Shown here: positions 44,157 to 54,427 of the stretch, piece by piece | Position numbering within the stretch: the first letter of the stretch is position 1 | Layout of the letters: every line of letters starts with the position of its first letter | NCBI GenBank assembly: GCA_963695345.1 | Contig: OY968769.1 | Coordinates: 1,792,001 to 1,856,000 of the forward strand | DNA: 64,000 bases | Reading direction: 5' to 3' | Source of the DNA: an uncultured Methanomassiliicoccales archaeon | GTDB lineage: Archaea > Thermoplasmatota > Thermoplasmata > Methanomassiliicoccales > UBA472 | Position numbers and translations under genes: made by a program | Notes under the pieces: model-generated | Seen by the model: only the letters and a program-made list of their open reading frames with translations | Databases searched by the model: none | What the model was told of the DNA's origin: nothing

Positions 44157-45506
44157 ATGAAGGTCCGCCAGACATTGAGGGACCAAAAGGAGTTCCGACG
44201 GGAATTGGGCCGTAGCTCCCTATCCGAGGTCAGCCGGGAAGACCTCCGGTGCTATCAGATGTTCAAGTTCCGCAAGCTGATGCGATACGTCGACCAGAAC
44301 AGCGTCTACTACCATAAGGTCATGGCCGACAATGGATTGACCCCGGGCTCGTTCCGGGAGTTCGAGGACCTGGTCCGTTTCCCCATTACCGAACCGGCGG
44401 CGCTGGCCGCGGAACCTTTCCACTTTCTTTGTGTCCCCCAGTCCAAAGTGATGCGTGTCTTCTCGACCTCAGGCACATCCGGTCAGAAGAAGCGCTTGTT
44501 CTACACCAAGGAAGACATCCTGAATATCGTTGATGCCATCTCCGCCGCCCTGAAGAATGTCGGGCTGAGGGAGAAGGAGACGCTTCAGATAATGTTCCCA
44601 GCGGTCACCGCCTGGGACCCCGGACTGATGTTGGAGGGCGCCTGCAAAGTGGCCGGCCTGAACGCTGTCCTCTGCAGCTCCATCGATATCGATCTTCAGG
44701 TGGGGACGATGCGTAAGAGCGGGACCAGGATGATGATCGGGCTGACCTCGTTCATATACCGGTTTACGATGCTGGCCCGGGATAGGCACGACCTCAGGTC
44801 CCTGGGGATCAAAGCCATCATATGTTCCTCGGAACCACTCTCCGGGGCGATGCGCAGGGAGATCGAGTCGGCCTGGGGGTGCAAGGCCTTCACCCAATAC
44901 GGTATGACGGAGATGGGGCTGGCAACTGCCATCGAATGTACCGCGCAGGACGGCATCCATGTCGATGAGGCGGACTATCTGGTGGAATGCGTCGATCCAG
45001 AAACTGGTCAACAGCTATCGGACAGAAAGGAAGGCGAGCTGGTGTGGACCAGCCTGAACATGGGTGGGAGCCCGCTCCTCCGTTATCGGTCCTTTGACCT
45101 GAGCTGCTACATCCCGCCTCCATGTGGCTGCGGCTTTCGGACGGTGGGCAAGATCGGCAAACCCAAGGGAAGGACCGATCAGACCATCAAGTTCGGGTCC
45201 GGGGAGAAGGTATCCCCTTATCTGTTCGACGAGGCCATCGGATCCGTGCCTGGCGTGGTGTCCCATCAGGTGGTGATCGACCGGCCATCCTTCCGCGACC
45301 GCCTCACCGTTACGGTCGAGCTTGTCGGCGATCGTGAGACAGCTGGACAGCTGCTTGGGGAAAGGATCATGGGCATCCCCGAGGTCCGGTCGAGCCTGGA
45401 GAACGACCTCATGGAACCGCCAGTGATCATCGTGGTAGGCGTCAGGCCCGAATTCGTGCTCAATAAGCGGACCCTTGTGGACAAAAGGGAGCTGTACGAC
45501 CGTTGA
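44157..45506 (+). CDS. Phenylacetate-CoA ligase / F390 synthetase family adenylating enzyme
   Basis: STSGTSG, YGMTE, GELVWTSL, PLLRYR, GRTD. Confidence 0.87.
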   Translation: MKVRQTLRDQKEFRRELGRSSLSEVSREDLRCYQMFKFRKLMRYVDQNSVYYHKVMADNGLTPGSFREFEDLVRFPITEPAALAAEPFHFLCVPQSKVMRVFSTSGTSGQKKRLFYTKEDILNIVDAISAALKNVGLREKETLQIMFPAVTAWDPGLMLEGACKVAGLNAVLCSSIDIDLQVGTMRKSGTRMMIGLTSFIYRFTMLARDRHDLRSLGIKAIICSSEPLSGAMRREIESAWGCKAFTQYGMTEMGLATAIECTAQDGIHVDEADYLVECVDPETGQQLSDRKEGELVWTSLNMGGSPLLRYRSFDLSCYIPPPCGCGFRTVGKIGKPKGRTDQTIKFGSGEKVSPYLFDEAIGSVPGVVSHQVVIDRPSFRDRLTVTVELVGDRETAGQLLGERIMGIPEVRSSLENDLMEPPVIIVVGVRPEFVLNKRTLVDKRELYDR

Positions 45507-45572
45507 GACAGGTATCTTAACTATTTTTCACCAAGGATTAATTAAGGCGTTGTTGTTCGCATGAGGGACAAC

Positions 45573-46163
45573 ATGAAAGCGGGAGTGATATCGGTCCAAG
45601 GGGCGGCACCCGAGCACATCGCGGCCTTGAAGGTAGCGATGGCCAACATCGGAGTCTCTGGGGAGGCCGTCACGGTCAGGAAGGCAAAGGACCTGGAAGG
45701 GGTCTCCTGCCTCGTCATTCCCGGTGGTGAGAGCACCACCATCTCCAAGCTCCTGCGCCGTTTCGACCTATTCGATCGCATCATCGACCTGGCGAACGAG
45801 GGGCTGCCGATAATGGGGACCTGCGCTGGATGCGTCCTGCTGTCCAAGGAAGGGGACGAGCAGGTGGAGAGGACGGAAACCGAGTTGCTCAAGCTCATGG
45901 ACATGGCGGTCGACCGGAATGCTTTCGGCAGGCAGCGGGAATCGTTCGAGGACCTGCTGAACATCAAGGGGCTCGATTCTCCCTATCCCGCGGTATTCAT
46001 CAGGGCACCGCTGATAACCAGGGTCTGGAACAAGTGCGAGCCGCTGGCCATGCATTCGTCATCCGTCGTCATGGCGAAACAGGACAACCTGCTTGCGTTG
46101 TCGTTCCATCCGGAGCTGTCCGACGACACTCGGATACACGAGATGCTGCTTAGAATGGTCTGA
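45573..46163 (+). CDS. pdxT: PLP synthase glutaminase subunit
   Basis: PGGESTT, GTCAG, RNAFGRQRESF, FIRAP, FHPEL. Confidence 0.96.
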   Translation: MKAGVISVQGAAPEHIAALKVAMANIGVSGEAVTVRKAKDLEGVSCLVIPGGESTTISKLLRRFDLFDRIIDLANEGLPIMGTCAGCVLLSKEGDEQVERTETELLKLMDMAVDRNAFGRQRESFEDLLNIKGLDSPYPAVFIRAPLITRVWNKCEPLAMHSSSVVMAKQDNLLALSFHPELSDDTRIHEMLLRMV

Positions 46164-46193
46164 CCGGAGATCGGTCAGGATACGGCGGACCTG

Positions 46194-46970
46194 TCACCAC
46201 ACGTCCTTTTTTCTTGGAGAAGAGTTATTCCAGGTCAGCCCTTTGACCGCCTGGATGATGGCCTTGAGCTTTTCCTGGTAATCGCCGTTCTCGACCACGG
46301 TGCCGGTCACTATGATGTTCGCCCCGGCCTCTCTCACCATGGCCGCCTGCTCCGGCTCCCGGATGCCTCCGCCGATGATGAGCGGGACGGTGATGTTCTT
46401 CCGTACCTCGCTGATGATCTCTCCAGGGACCGGCGACGGGGCACCGCTGCCAGCCTCCAGATATACCAGTTGCATGCCCATGTACTCCGCGGCCAAGGCA
46501 TAGGAAACGGCCGACTTGGGATCGTTGCGCTTGACCACGTTGGCCTCCCCGACCTCTCCCACCTTCATCCCAGGCTCCACGATGATGTATCCCATGGATA
46601 TGGGCTCGATGCCCAGCTTCTTGACGATCCGGGAAGCGGCCACCTGTTCTCCGATGATCATCTTGACATTGCGGCTGTTCAGCATGCTCATGAAGTAGAT
46701 GGCATCGCTATGGGCGGAGATGGCATGAGCCCCGCTGGGAAAGTAGATCACCGGCAGCTTGGTGCTCTTCTTGATGGCCAGAATGGTGGCGTCCAGGTTC
46801 TCCTGGGTGATGCCGGTGGAACCGCCGACCATGATCGCGTCGGTGCCGAACCGGTCTGCCGAAGCGGCAATCTCCCCGGCCTGCTCTGGCTCCTGCTTGG
46901 CGGGGTCGATAAGTGTCATGTGCAGGGTCCCTTTCTTGACCTTTTCCCGAAGATACTCTATGACTTTCAT
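46194..46970 (-). CDS. Geranylgeranylglyceryl phosphate synthase (group II)
   Basis: TLIDP, IMVGGS, YLEAGSGA, IGGGIR, IVTGT. Confidence 0.93.
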   Translation of the reverse strand: MKVIEYLREKVKKGTLHMTLIDPAKQEPEQAGEIAASADRFGTDAIMVGGSTGITQENLDATILAIKKSTKLPVIYFPSGAHAISAHSDAIYFMSMLNSRNVKMIIGEQVAASRIVKKLGIEPISMGYIIVEPGMKVGEVGEANVVKRNDPKSAVSYALAAEYMGMQLVYLEAGSGAPSPVPGEIISEVRKNITVPLIIGGGIREPEQAAMVREAGANIIVTGTVVENGDYQEKLKAIIQAVKGLTWNNSSPRKKDVW

Positions 46971-47782
46971 TGGATTCCTCCTACTAGGAAGGCCACTAGG
47001 GCGACCAGCATGCCGTACTTAGCGAACTGCTGACCCCTGGTCGGATTTCGAAAATGAACTATGGAACAGTATATAAATATTGCATCGGCGACCAGGACCA
47101 CCAACAGATATCCACTGCCGAACATTTCGGTCAGGTAAGGGAACGGGCTCAAGGCCACCGCCACAACGAAGGCGACGCTGCCGACTATGCCCGCGTTCCT
47201 CTTGCCGATCCGCTTCGGAAGCGTGTTGCGGTCGAAATCCCCTTCCATGTCCTGGATGTCCTTGACGATCTCCCTTCCGATCGTGGCCAGGCCTGCCATG
47301 AGTGCGATTATGATCGTCTTATCGATCATTCCCACGACCGAGCCTCCGAAGACGAACAGCATACCAGTCAGCACACCTATGGTGATGTTTCCGGAGAATC
47401 CCTTCTTCTTCGTGCTGAGCTCATAGGTCAGCATCAACGCCATCGCCACCACCACGACGAGCGTTGCCTCGATCCTGAGGAAGAAGGACGCCACCAGGGA
47501 AGCGGAGAAGCAGTAGATGGCGACGGTCCTTGCCGTGCTCGGTTTGACCCGCCCGGAGGGTACAGGGCGTTCTGGGTGGGCGATCTTGTCCACCTCACGG
47601 TCCATGTAGTCGTTCAGGGAATTGCCCGCGGCAACGAAGAAGAATACCACCAGGGCAGCAGGAATAAGGTCTGCCCAGTAATTCGCTATCGAGGTGCCCG
47701 TGGCTATCAGAACGCTCATCAGGAGCCCGACGATACCCATCAGGCAGTTGCCCAATCGGAACAACTGGACTATCCGGTTCAC
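46967..47782 (-). CDS. Digeranylgeranylglyceryl phosphate synthase (UbiA family)
   Basis: NDYMDREVD...RPVPSG, REIVKDIQDMEGD; coupled to GGGP synthase. Confidence 0.92.
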   Translation of the reverse strand: MNRIVQLFRLGNCLMGIVGLLMSVLIATGTSIANYWADLIPAALVVFFFVAAGNSLNDYMDREVDKIAHPERPVPSGRVKPSTARTVAIYCFSASLVASFFLRIEATLVVVVAMALMLTYELSTKKKGFSGNITIGVLTGMLFVFGGSVVGMIDKTIIIALMAGLATIGREIVKDIQDMEGDFDRNTLPKRIGKRNAGIVGSVAFVVAVALSPFPYLTEMFGSGYLLVVLVADAIFIYCSIVHFRNPTRGQQFAKYGMLVALVAFLVGGIQ

Positions 47783-47917
47783 GTCGCAGGATTGGGATTG
47801 GGCTAATTAATGCTTGCTCCATGGCGCAATGGGCAAAATGACCGCTCAGGTCGCCCTTGGTCGATCCTATCTCTGTCAGGAAAATCCTTTTATTCATTCG
47901 GCTCAGAGGCACTATTC

Positions 47918-48100
47918 ATGAGAGAGTGCATGAAGTGTGGCGAGGTCACTGATTCGGGAGAACGCATTTGCGCAAATGCGGCAGCAAGGAATTCATTGTC
48001 AAAAAGGACTCAGAGACCGTCCGATGCCCGATCGTGCGGGATGTATAGTGATAGGGATAAAGGCGAATGCGAGGAGTGCGGTGCACATTTACATAGTTAA
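47918..48100 (+). CDS. Small multi-zinc-ribbon protein (two compensating indels)
   Basis: CMKCG, CxxCGSKEF, RCPxCG and CEECG when a -1/+1 pair is corrected. Confidence 0.6.
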   Translation: MRECMKCGEVTDSGERICANAAARNSLSKRTQRPSDARSCGMYSDRDKGECEECGAHLHS

Positions 48101-48179
48101 GGCAAGAGGCCAGGCCACTTTCCGTCCATGTGTTGTTATTACGAAAATGTTAATATGAGCACTCTTGATAGGGGCGTTC

Positions 48180-49625
48180 ATGGTCCCCACGGACGTGGCG
48201 GCGGAGATCGAACTCCTCAGGGCGATGGTCGGCAAGTACTTCCCGATCTACGACGTCAAGGTCAATGCCCAGTCGGTGCAGATATTCATCAGTCCCGACC
48301 CTGCCACGCTGGAAGTCAAATTCGATGGCATGCGCAGGGAGATGAACGAACAGAAGTTCATCCCGTTTCTCTCCCACGCGGGCGGGGAATACACAATCAC
48401 CGTAGTGAGAAAGAACGAGCGCAACCGGATAGGGATATGGACGAACCTCTTCCTGCTCGGGATCACCTCCGTGACCACGGTGCTCGCTGGGGCTTTCCTG
48501 TGGGCTGCCTACATCAACGCGTCCAACTTCCTCACCCTGGAGATATTTGCCATGGGTGCCCTGTTCTTCGCCATCCCACTGATGACGATTCTTGGCGTTC
48601 ACGAATTTGCCCATTACATTGCCGCCAAAAGGCACGGCGTGGCGGCATCATTGCCGTTCTTCATTCCGTCGATCCCGCCGCTCGGGACCTTTGGCGCGTT
48701 CATCTCTATACGCGACCCGATTCCGAACCGCAAAGCCTTGGTGGACATCGGCATCTCCGGTCCCATCGCCGGACTGCTGGTCGCCGTTCCTGTATTCCTG
48801 TTCGGCATGGTGCTGACACAACAGTCGCCCCATTACATCACCGGGGGGACCGGAGGACTGGCGGGAACAATGGCGTCGATGCTATCCTATGCCCTGTCCC
48901 AGTTCTTTCCCATATCGGGGAACGTCATCATGCATCCGTTGGCATTTGCCGGTTGGGTCGGTCTGTTCGTGACTGCCATAAACCTGCTGCCCGCCGGTCA
49001 ACTGGATGGAGGGCATGTTGCCCGCGGCCTTCTGGGGGATAAATCGCGGTATCTCAGCTACATAACCGTAGCGACGCTCTTCTTTCTCGGGGTCACGGTC
49101 TACTCCGGCTGGCTCCTGTTCGCGGTCCTTATATTCTTCCTCGGCCTGAGGCATCCCGCGCCGCTCAACGACCTAACCAAGCTAGGTGCCAGGAGGACAA
49201 TCCTGGGGGCGATCGGAATAGCGCTGCTGGTGGTGACGTTCGTGCCGGTGCCCATTTCCGTGGAGCCGAGCGACCATAGTTTCACCATGCAGATCATCGG
49301 TGCTGATAACGCTACGATCATGCCGGGCCAGACCGCAGATTTCTACATCTGGGTCAACAACACCGGCAACATCAATGAAACGATCACGGTGAACCTGCAG
49401 GCCTGGGAGGGGCTGGCGGCTTATGTATACACGGACCATGCCATCTCCGGGAATGGGACATCACAATTGATCTACAATCTTCCCTACCAAGGAAACTCGA
49501 CCGTGATGGTGAGGGCCACGGCATTGTCCTCCGCCCAGCCGGTCACACGGACCCTACCAGTATTCGCAGAGAGCGACCCTCTGTTCCAGAGGCAGTTCAA
49601 CCTGACCGTGTCTATTTCCTTGTGA
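48180..49625 (+). CDS. Site-2 protease (M50) with C-terminal Ig-like extension
   Basis: HEFAH, NLLPAGQLDGGH, many transmembrane helices. Confidence 0.92.
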   Translation: MVPTDVAAEIELLRAMVGKYFPIYDVKVNAQSVQIFISPDPATLEVKFDGMRREMNEQKFIPFLSHAGGEYTITVVRKNERNRIGIWTNLFLLGITSVTTVLAGAFLWAAYINASNFLTLEIFAMGALFFAIPLMTILGVHEFAHYIAAKRHGVAASLPFFIPSIPPLGTFGAFISIRDPIPNRKALVDIGISGPIAGLLVAVPVFLFGMVLTQQSPHYITGGTGGLAGTMASMLSYALSQFFPISGNVIMHPLAFAGWVGLFVTAINLLPAGQLDGGHVARGLLGDKSRYLSYITVATLFFLGVTVYSGWLLFAVLIFFLGLRHPAPLNDLTKLGARRTILGAIGIALLVVTFVPVPISVEPSDHSFTMQIIGADNATIMPGQTADFYIWVNNTGNINETITVNLQAWEGLAAYVYTDHAISGNGTSQLIYNLPYQGNSTVMVRATALSSAQPVTRTLPVFAESDPLFQRQFNLTVSISL

Positions 49626-50634
49626 AAACGAAATAGTGCCGGGAAAGTGATCGATGTACTCTCTGGATATGTGATTCGGTTTGCATCAGTTCATCCCTGG
49701 GATGGTCCAGGGGTGCCGGGAACACCACTCCTACTCTCCCGCCCGATCTCACCGCATCCACAAAGGCGTCCATTGCTCTGCCGTAGAGGGATGATTTGCC
49801 CTCCTTCCACAGGCTGGCAGAACGTCCATAGGGCGGGTCGGTGGCCACAACGTCAACTTTGCCGAAGACGCTGGCAATGTCACCGATGTCCGATGCGTCT
49901 ATCCTTTCGAACGAGGCTTGGAAATGGTTCAGGTTCGCGACGCATCCGTTTACCATGTCCTCGGCGATGTCTGAACCCAACACCTTCGCTCCGATCATCG
50001 ACGCCTCGATCAGAATTCCTCCAGTGCCGCAAAAAGGGTCGAGTACCGTTTGTCCTTTCCTGACTCGGGTAAGGTTAACCAGCGTCCTTGCGTAACGCGG
50101 ATGCAACGATACCGGGGAGAAGAACGGACGTTCGCCTACCTTCCTGATATCGAATTGCTTGCGGTCGATCTCGAAGTCGCCGATGTAGAAATGGAGCCGG
50201 TCGGAGACCAGGATGCGTATCGGAACGTCTGGTCTTTCCAGGTCCACGGCCCGGCCTCGGGTCAGGATGCCTCCGCATTTCCTCACCAGTGAGGGCATGT
50301 CCACCTCCATCTGGGATTTCTCGACCCTTTTCGCCCGGACGGAAACGCTGCCCTCCGGAATCGGCAGGTCAGAAAGGAACCTTTCGATCTCAGGCAGATC
50401 GCATGCTCCTAGGTATCTGCCGATCCGGTGGGTGAGCGCGATCCGGGCGGCAATGGCGGAAACATGCGACCGGTCGAAACCGATGATCTCGTATCCGCCT
50501 CCCGAACCTAATCTCGTGAAGGTCCCGGACTCGGCCTCGACGCAGGCTACCGCCTCTGCCTGCGGAAGGGTGGGATGCTCCCCCGAAAGCTCAAAAAGGA
50601 AGGGGGAGTGATTGGTGTTTACGGGTTCGGTCAT
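49612..50634 (-). CDS. trmG10: tRNA (guanine-10-N2) methyltransferase, THUMP plus MTase
   Basis: [29 protein letters not shown]. Confidence 0.9.
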   Translation of the reverse strand: MTEPVNTNHSPFLFELSGEHPTLPQAEAVACVEAESGTFTRLGSGGGYEIIGFDRSHVSAIAARIALTHRIGRYLGACDLPEIERFLSDLPIPEGSVSVRAKRVEKSQMEVDMPSLVRKCGGILTRGRAVDLERPDVPIRILVSDRLHFYIGDFEIDRKQFDIRKVGERPFFSPVSLHPRYARTLVNLTRVRKGQTVLDPFCGTGGILIEASMIGAKVLGSDIAEDMVNGCVANLNHFQASFERIDASDIGDIASVFGKVDVVATDPPYGRSASLWKEGKSSLYGRAMDAFVDAVRSGGRVGVVFPAPLDHPRDELMQTESHIQRVHRSLSRHYFVFTRK

Positions 50635-50653
50635 CGGATGCCTTGGTCAAGCA

Positions 50654-51597
50654 TCAGTCCCTTATACCTTCTTCTGAGACGGTGATCACGCACTCCGCCT
50701 CGGGCAGGTTCGGGGAATCGATGAGCCTGGCGATACGTTTGCCGCCCTTGCTCTTCCTCAGATATACTCTGAAGGTCGAGGCATGACCGACAATGTGTCC
50801 CCCTACGGGTCTGGTCGGGTCCCCGAAGAACGCGTCCGGTTTGGCCGCCACTTGGTTCGTGACCGCGATCACCGCGTTGCTGACATCGCCGAAGCGCAGC
50901 AGGTCGTGCATGTGCTTGTTCAGCAGACCCTGTCTTTCCGCCAAGGGTTCCCCTGCCGACATATTCGGAACGGAAATGGGCGGTCAGTGAGTCGACGATC
51001 AGGAGTCTGACGGGGGTCTTGACGGCCATTTCAGCGGCCTTTTCCACCAATAGCATCTGGTGCGATGAGTTGAAGGCCCTTGCCACATGTATCCTCTGCA
51101 ACGTTTCCATCGGGTCCACGCCTTGGGCATTGGCGATCTGGACTATCCTCTCCGGACGGAACGTGTTCTCGGTGTCGATGATGACGACGTCCCCGTCCAG
51201 CCCGCCCTTTTCGATCGGCATGGTGGCGTTCACGGCCAGCTGGAACATCATCTGGGTCTTCCCGCTCCCGAACTCGCCGAAGAACTCATGTATGGCCTGG
51301 GATTCAAGTCCCCCGCCAAGCAGTTCATCGAAAGCTTTCGATGAGGAGGTGAGCCTTTTCAGGTTCTTCCTTCTCTCCAGTATCGTCGTCCCCGGACTCG
51401 AATCCACCGACCTCGGCCGCCTCCTTCGCGGCGGCGATGATCTTCGCAGCGGTCGCCTCTCCGATCTCGCAGACCTCTGCGAGGACCTTAGGGTTCTCCA
51501 CCGCGATCGACATAAGATCTTGATATCCGGCATCACGCAGCTTCTCGGCAGTTGCGGGTCCTACTCCAGGCAACTCTTCTATCTTCTTCTCAGCCAT
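50654..51597 (-). CDS. radA: DNA repair and recombination protein RadA (two frameshifts)
   Basis: [50 protein letters not shown]. Confidence 0.95.
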
Positions 51598-51816
51598 TGA
51601 TGCACCTACCTCTGCTAATGCCACCCCTATTTAAAAGGGTGATGACGGGTTGTCCGAAAGTACCTGACACTTTCATGGATTCCAGAATTCATTTTGAATC
51701 AGATATATCATGCCAATACAGGCAGCATTCAGGTCATTAAGGCGGTCCGTTGTCAGTATGGCAATCAATATAGCCAAGTCAAAAGATGGAAAAGGGTTTG
51801 CCTTGGGCCAGGTGTT

Positions 51817-53787
51817 TCAGTTCTTCGGCGTCGTGCCTGCCTGTTCCTTCTTCGATGTCTCCAGGGTCTTCGCCACCGTCTGGGCGAGGAAAGTCGACAA
51901 CAGCGGCATGGCACCCGAATCACCGGTTGACCCAGATATCAAAATGTCCGGAGTTATCTTGACATTGTTGACGCCGACCTCGCCCATGATCTTGATCGCC
52001 GCCGTGGCCTCCTTCCCTATGACCTCGGCTTGCGCTCTGTACGCGTCCGCTATGCCCCTTCCGACCTCGCGCTGGGCGTAGGCATTACCGTCGGCGACGG
52101 TCTTGAGCATGTAGCTCTCACCGTCCGCGGTGATCTTGTTGAAATCCCTGTCACCGCCCGCCAACTTCCTCTTGGCCTCGGCCTTGTCCTCTTCGATCTT
52201 GATCGAGAGCATTGCCGCCACCACTTCTGGCTGTTTGTCAGCGTTGGCCGCCTTCGACTGCACCTCAATGCGTTTCTCCTGGGCCAAGGCCTCCTGCTGG
52301 TACTGAGCCTGCTGTTGCAACGCTATCTCCCTCTTGGTCTGGGTGTCGAGGAGTGCCTGGTCCACCTTGATGTAGGCTATCAGAAGGTTCTGGGCCTCGA
52401 CATGGTACACCTCGAACTCCCGTTGCGCCTTCTCCAGGGCCGAGCGTTGCAGCTCGGTCCTGCTCATGATGAAGCTGATGGCCTTCTCCTCTCCCGCCTT
52501 GTTACGGAATGAGGAATCGATCAGCGGATGGACGATCTGTTCGATGAGGTTCTTCACTGAACCGAACCGGGCGATGATGAACGCGGCGTTCTGTGGCCTG
52601 ATGCGGATGATCATCCTTACATCCACTTCAAGCTGGAAACCATCAACGGATGTCACCCTGAGCTGCGAGAACTTGAAGAACTCGGTGGCCTTCGAATCGT
52701 CATCGTCGTTGATGTTCTTGATGCCGGTGGGGGCGTTATGCTGGGCTCTCTGGTCCACTCCCGACGCCCAATCGATGGTGACCGCGCTGGTGGGTACCAG
52801 ATAGGGCGTGAATGCCAACGGGTTCAGGTTGTATTTGCCCGGGGCCATGGGCTCCTTCCAGATGCCCCTCATGTTCTTGTCCAAGATCAAGAGGGATTCG
52901 ACATCCTCGTGCAGTGGTTGGTTGATTTCGACCAACTGCTTGCTCGGCTGAGCCGGCGATACCGGACCGACCGCCCCGACGTTGGGGATCGGCGATCCTT
53001 CGCTCCGTTCCAGGATGAGTCCGACGTTGGACCGCAGGATCGCCACATATCCAGGAGGGACCTCTGACACATTGTATATCTCCACCCTGAAGAGCAGGGG
53101 ATTGATGTAGTACCGGCCAGGCTGGAGCGTGTCCAGTTGAGGCCCTCTGTATCCCGCGCTATTTAGGAAGGCTTGACCATCTTGGAAATATTGATTGTTC
53201 TTCGCATTCGGGTATCCGGGCATGGGGTTTTCCAGTGGCCTCGGGGCGATTATGAACCCAGAGGGCAAGGGCAGACCATCGTTTGCCACTACCACTCCGA
53301 TCTTTTCCGAGGGTACCTCTATCAACCGGGACTTGACGACCTTGAAGGCATAGGTGTTGATCCTATACGTACCAGGCCGGAGAATGCTGACCTGGGGCCC
53401 CTTCATCCCGCCATTATCCAGGAACATGCGGGCATCCTGGAAATGGTTGCATTCCACCTCATCGGACAACAGTCGCCCCTTAGGGATGGAGCGGCCATCA
53501 ATCGATTCGACTATGCCGACCTCGGTCGGCAGGATCTCCGTAACCGGATGCTTTTCGATCCTCCAAATTATCGGAATCCTCCAGTATAGCCCGGGCATCA
53601 GTATGTCTGCCCTGACTCCGATCTCGCCTGATCTGGCCACCACTTGGCCCTGCGGCATCATTTTTCCGAACATCTTCTTGGTGACAATTCCGACCTCGGA
53701 GTCGCCGATCAGCTTAAGACCGCTGATCAGGAACAATACCAGAGAACCGATTAACAATACCAACAATAACACTGATACCAGGTCCAT
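51817..53787 (-). CDS. SPFH/flotillin-like protein with four N-terminal repeats and a C-terminal coiled coil
   Basis: N-terminal TM helix, 4x (V.xx.GxV...G.....L.PGxY), SxDGF and FRN SPFH core, Ala/Glu/Gln-rich tail. Confidence 0.85.
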   Translation of the reverse strand: MDLVSVLLLVLLIGSLVLFLISGLKLIGDSEVGIVTKKMFGKMMPQGQVVARSGEIGVRADILMPGLYWRIPIIWRIEKHPVTEILPTEVGIVESIDGRSIPKGRLLSDEVECNHFQDARMFLDNGGMKGPQVSILRPGTYRINTYAFKVVKSRLIEVPSEKIGVVVANDGLPLPSGFIIAPRPLENPMPGYPNAKNNQYFQDGQAFLNSAGYRGPQLDTLQPGRYYINPLLFRVEIYNVSEVPPGYVAILRSNVGLILERSEGSPIPNVGAVGPVSPAQPSKQLVEINQPLHEDVESLLILDKNMRGIWKEPMAPGKYNLNPLAFTPYLVPTSAVTIDWASGVDQRAQHNAPTGIKNINDDDDSKATEFFKFSQLRVTSVDGFQLEVDVRMIIRIRPQNAAFIIARFGSVKNLIEQIVHPLIDSSFRNKAGEEKAISFIMSRTELQRSALEKAQREFEVYHVEAQNLLIAYIKVDQALLDTQTKREIALQQQAQYQQEALAQEKRIEVQSKAANADKQPEVVAAMLSIKIEEDKAEAKRKLAGGDRDFNKITADGESYMLKTVADGNAYAQREVGRGIADAYRAQAEVIGKEATAAIKIMGEVGVNNVKITPDILISGSTGDSGAMPLLSTFLAQTVAKTLETSKKEQAGTTPKN

Positions 53788-54048
53788 CTTCCCCCTCCTT
53801 ATCTATACTACCATTTTAGGTAATGCGACGAAAACATCAGAATCCACATATTTGAAAAAATGCCCGGTCATATCTTCTAACATCCTGACATCCTTCGAGC
53901 GGTGTGGAAAAGGCTATGCGCCGGCTTCAGAGCCACCAACGAGCCATCATCCCCGGCATTGAGTAATCTGGAGATATTGGGCTCCCTCGAACCGGCCAGT
54001 CCTGGGGGGGCAAACATATTATTAGCCGCTTGTGTTTAGGGGATTTCT

Positions 54049-54405
54049 ATGGCCCAAAAGAAGAGAAAGGAGGAGGAAAAGAAAGAACCTCAATATGAGT
54101 TCGTTCCTCCCGACTTCGACGAGAAGGACTTTCTCGAGAAGGACATCAGGGCAACCAAGATAACTCTGTTGTCCTCCGCGTGGGGCCTGATATTCGGCAT
54201 AATAGCTGGATTGACAAATTCTATCTCTCCGTTCATAGGATTGCTGCTCCTGTTCGTCGGCATCTATCTGCTTAGGTTCATCCTCCCGCTGTTCAAGATC
54301 GATGTCAAGGAGATTGATAAGAAGGGATGGCTCGGCAACATCGCCATGTTCTTCTTCCTGTTCCTCGGGACATGGATCATGCTCCTCAATCCGCCCTTCG
54401 CGTGA
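54049..54405 (+). CDS. Hypothetical membrane protein
   Basis: Charged N-terminus (FVPPDFDEKDFL) and three hydrophobic helices. Confidence 0.75.
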   Translation: MAQKKRKEEEKKEPQYEFVPPDFDEKDFLEKDIRATKITLLSSAWGLIFGIIAGLTNSISPFIGLLLLFVGIYLLRFILPLFKIDVKEIDKKGWLGNIAMFFFLFLGTWIMLLNPPFA

Positions 54406-54427
54406 TAGGGGAACCGGGATTCTGGGG

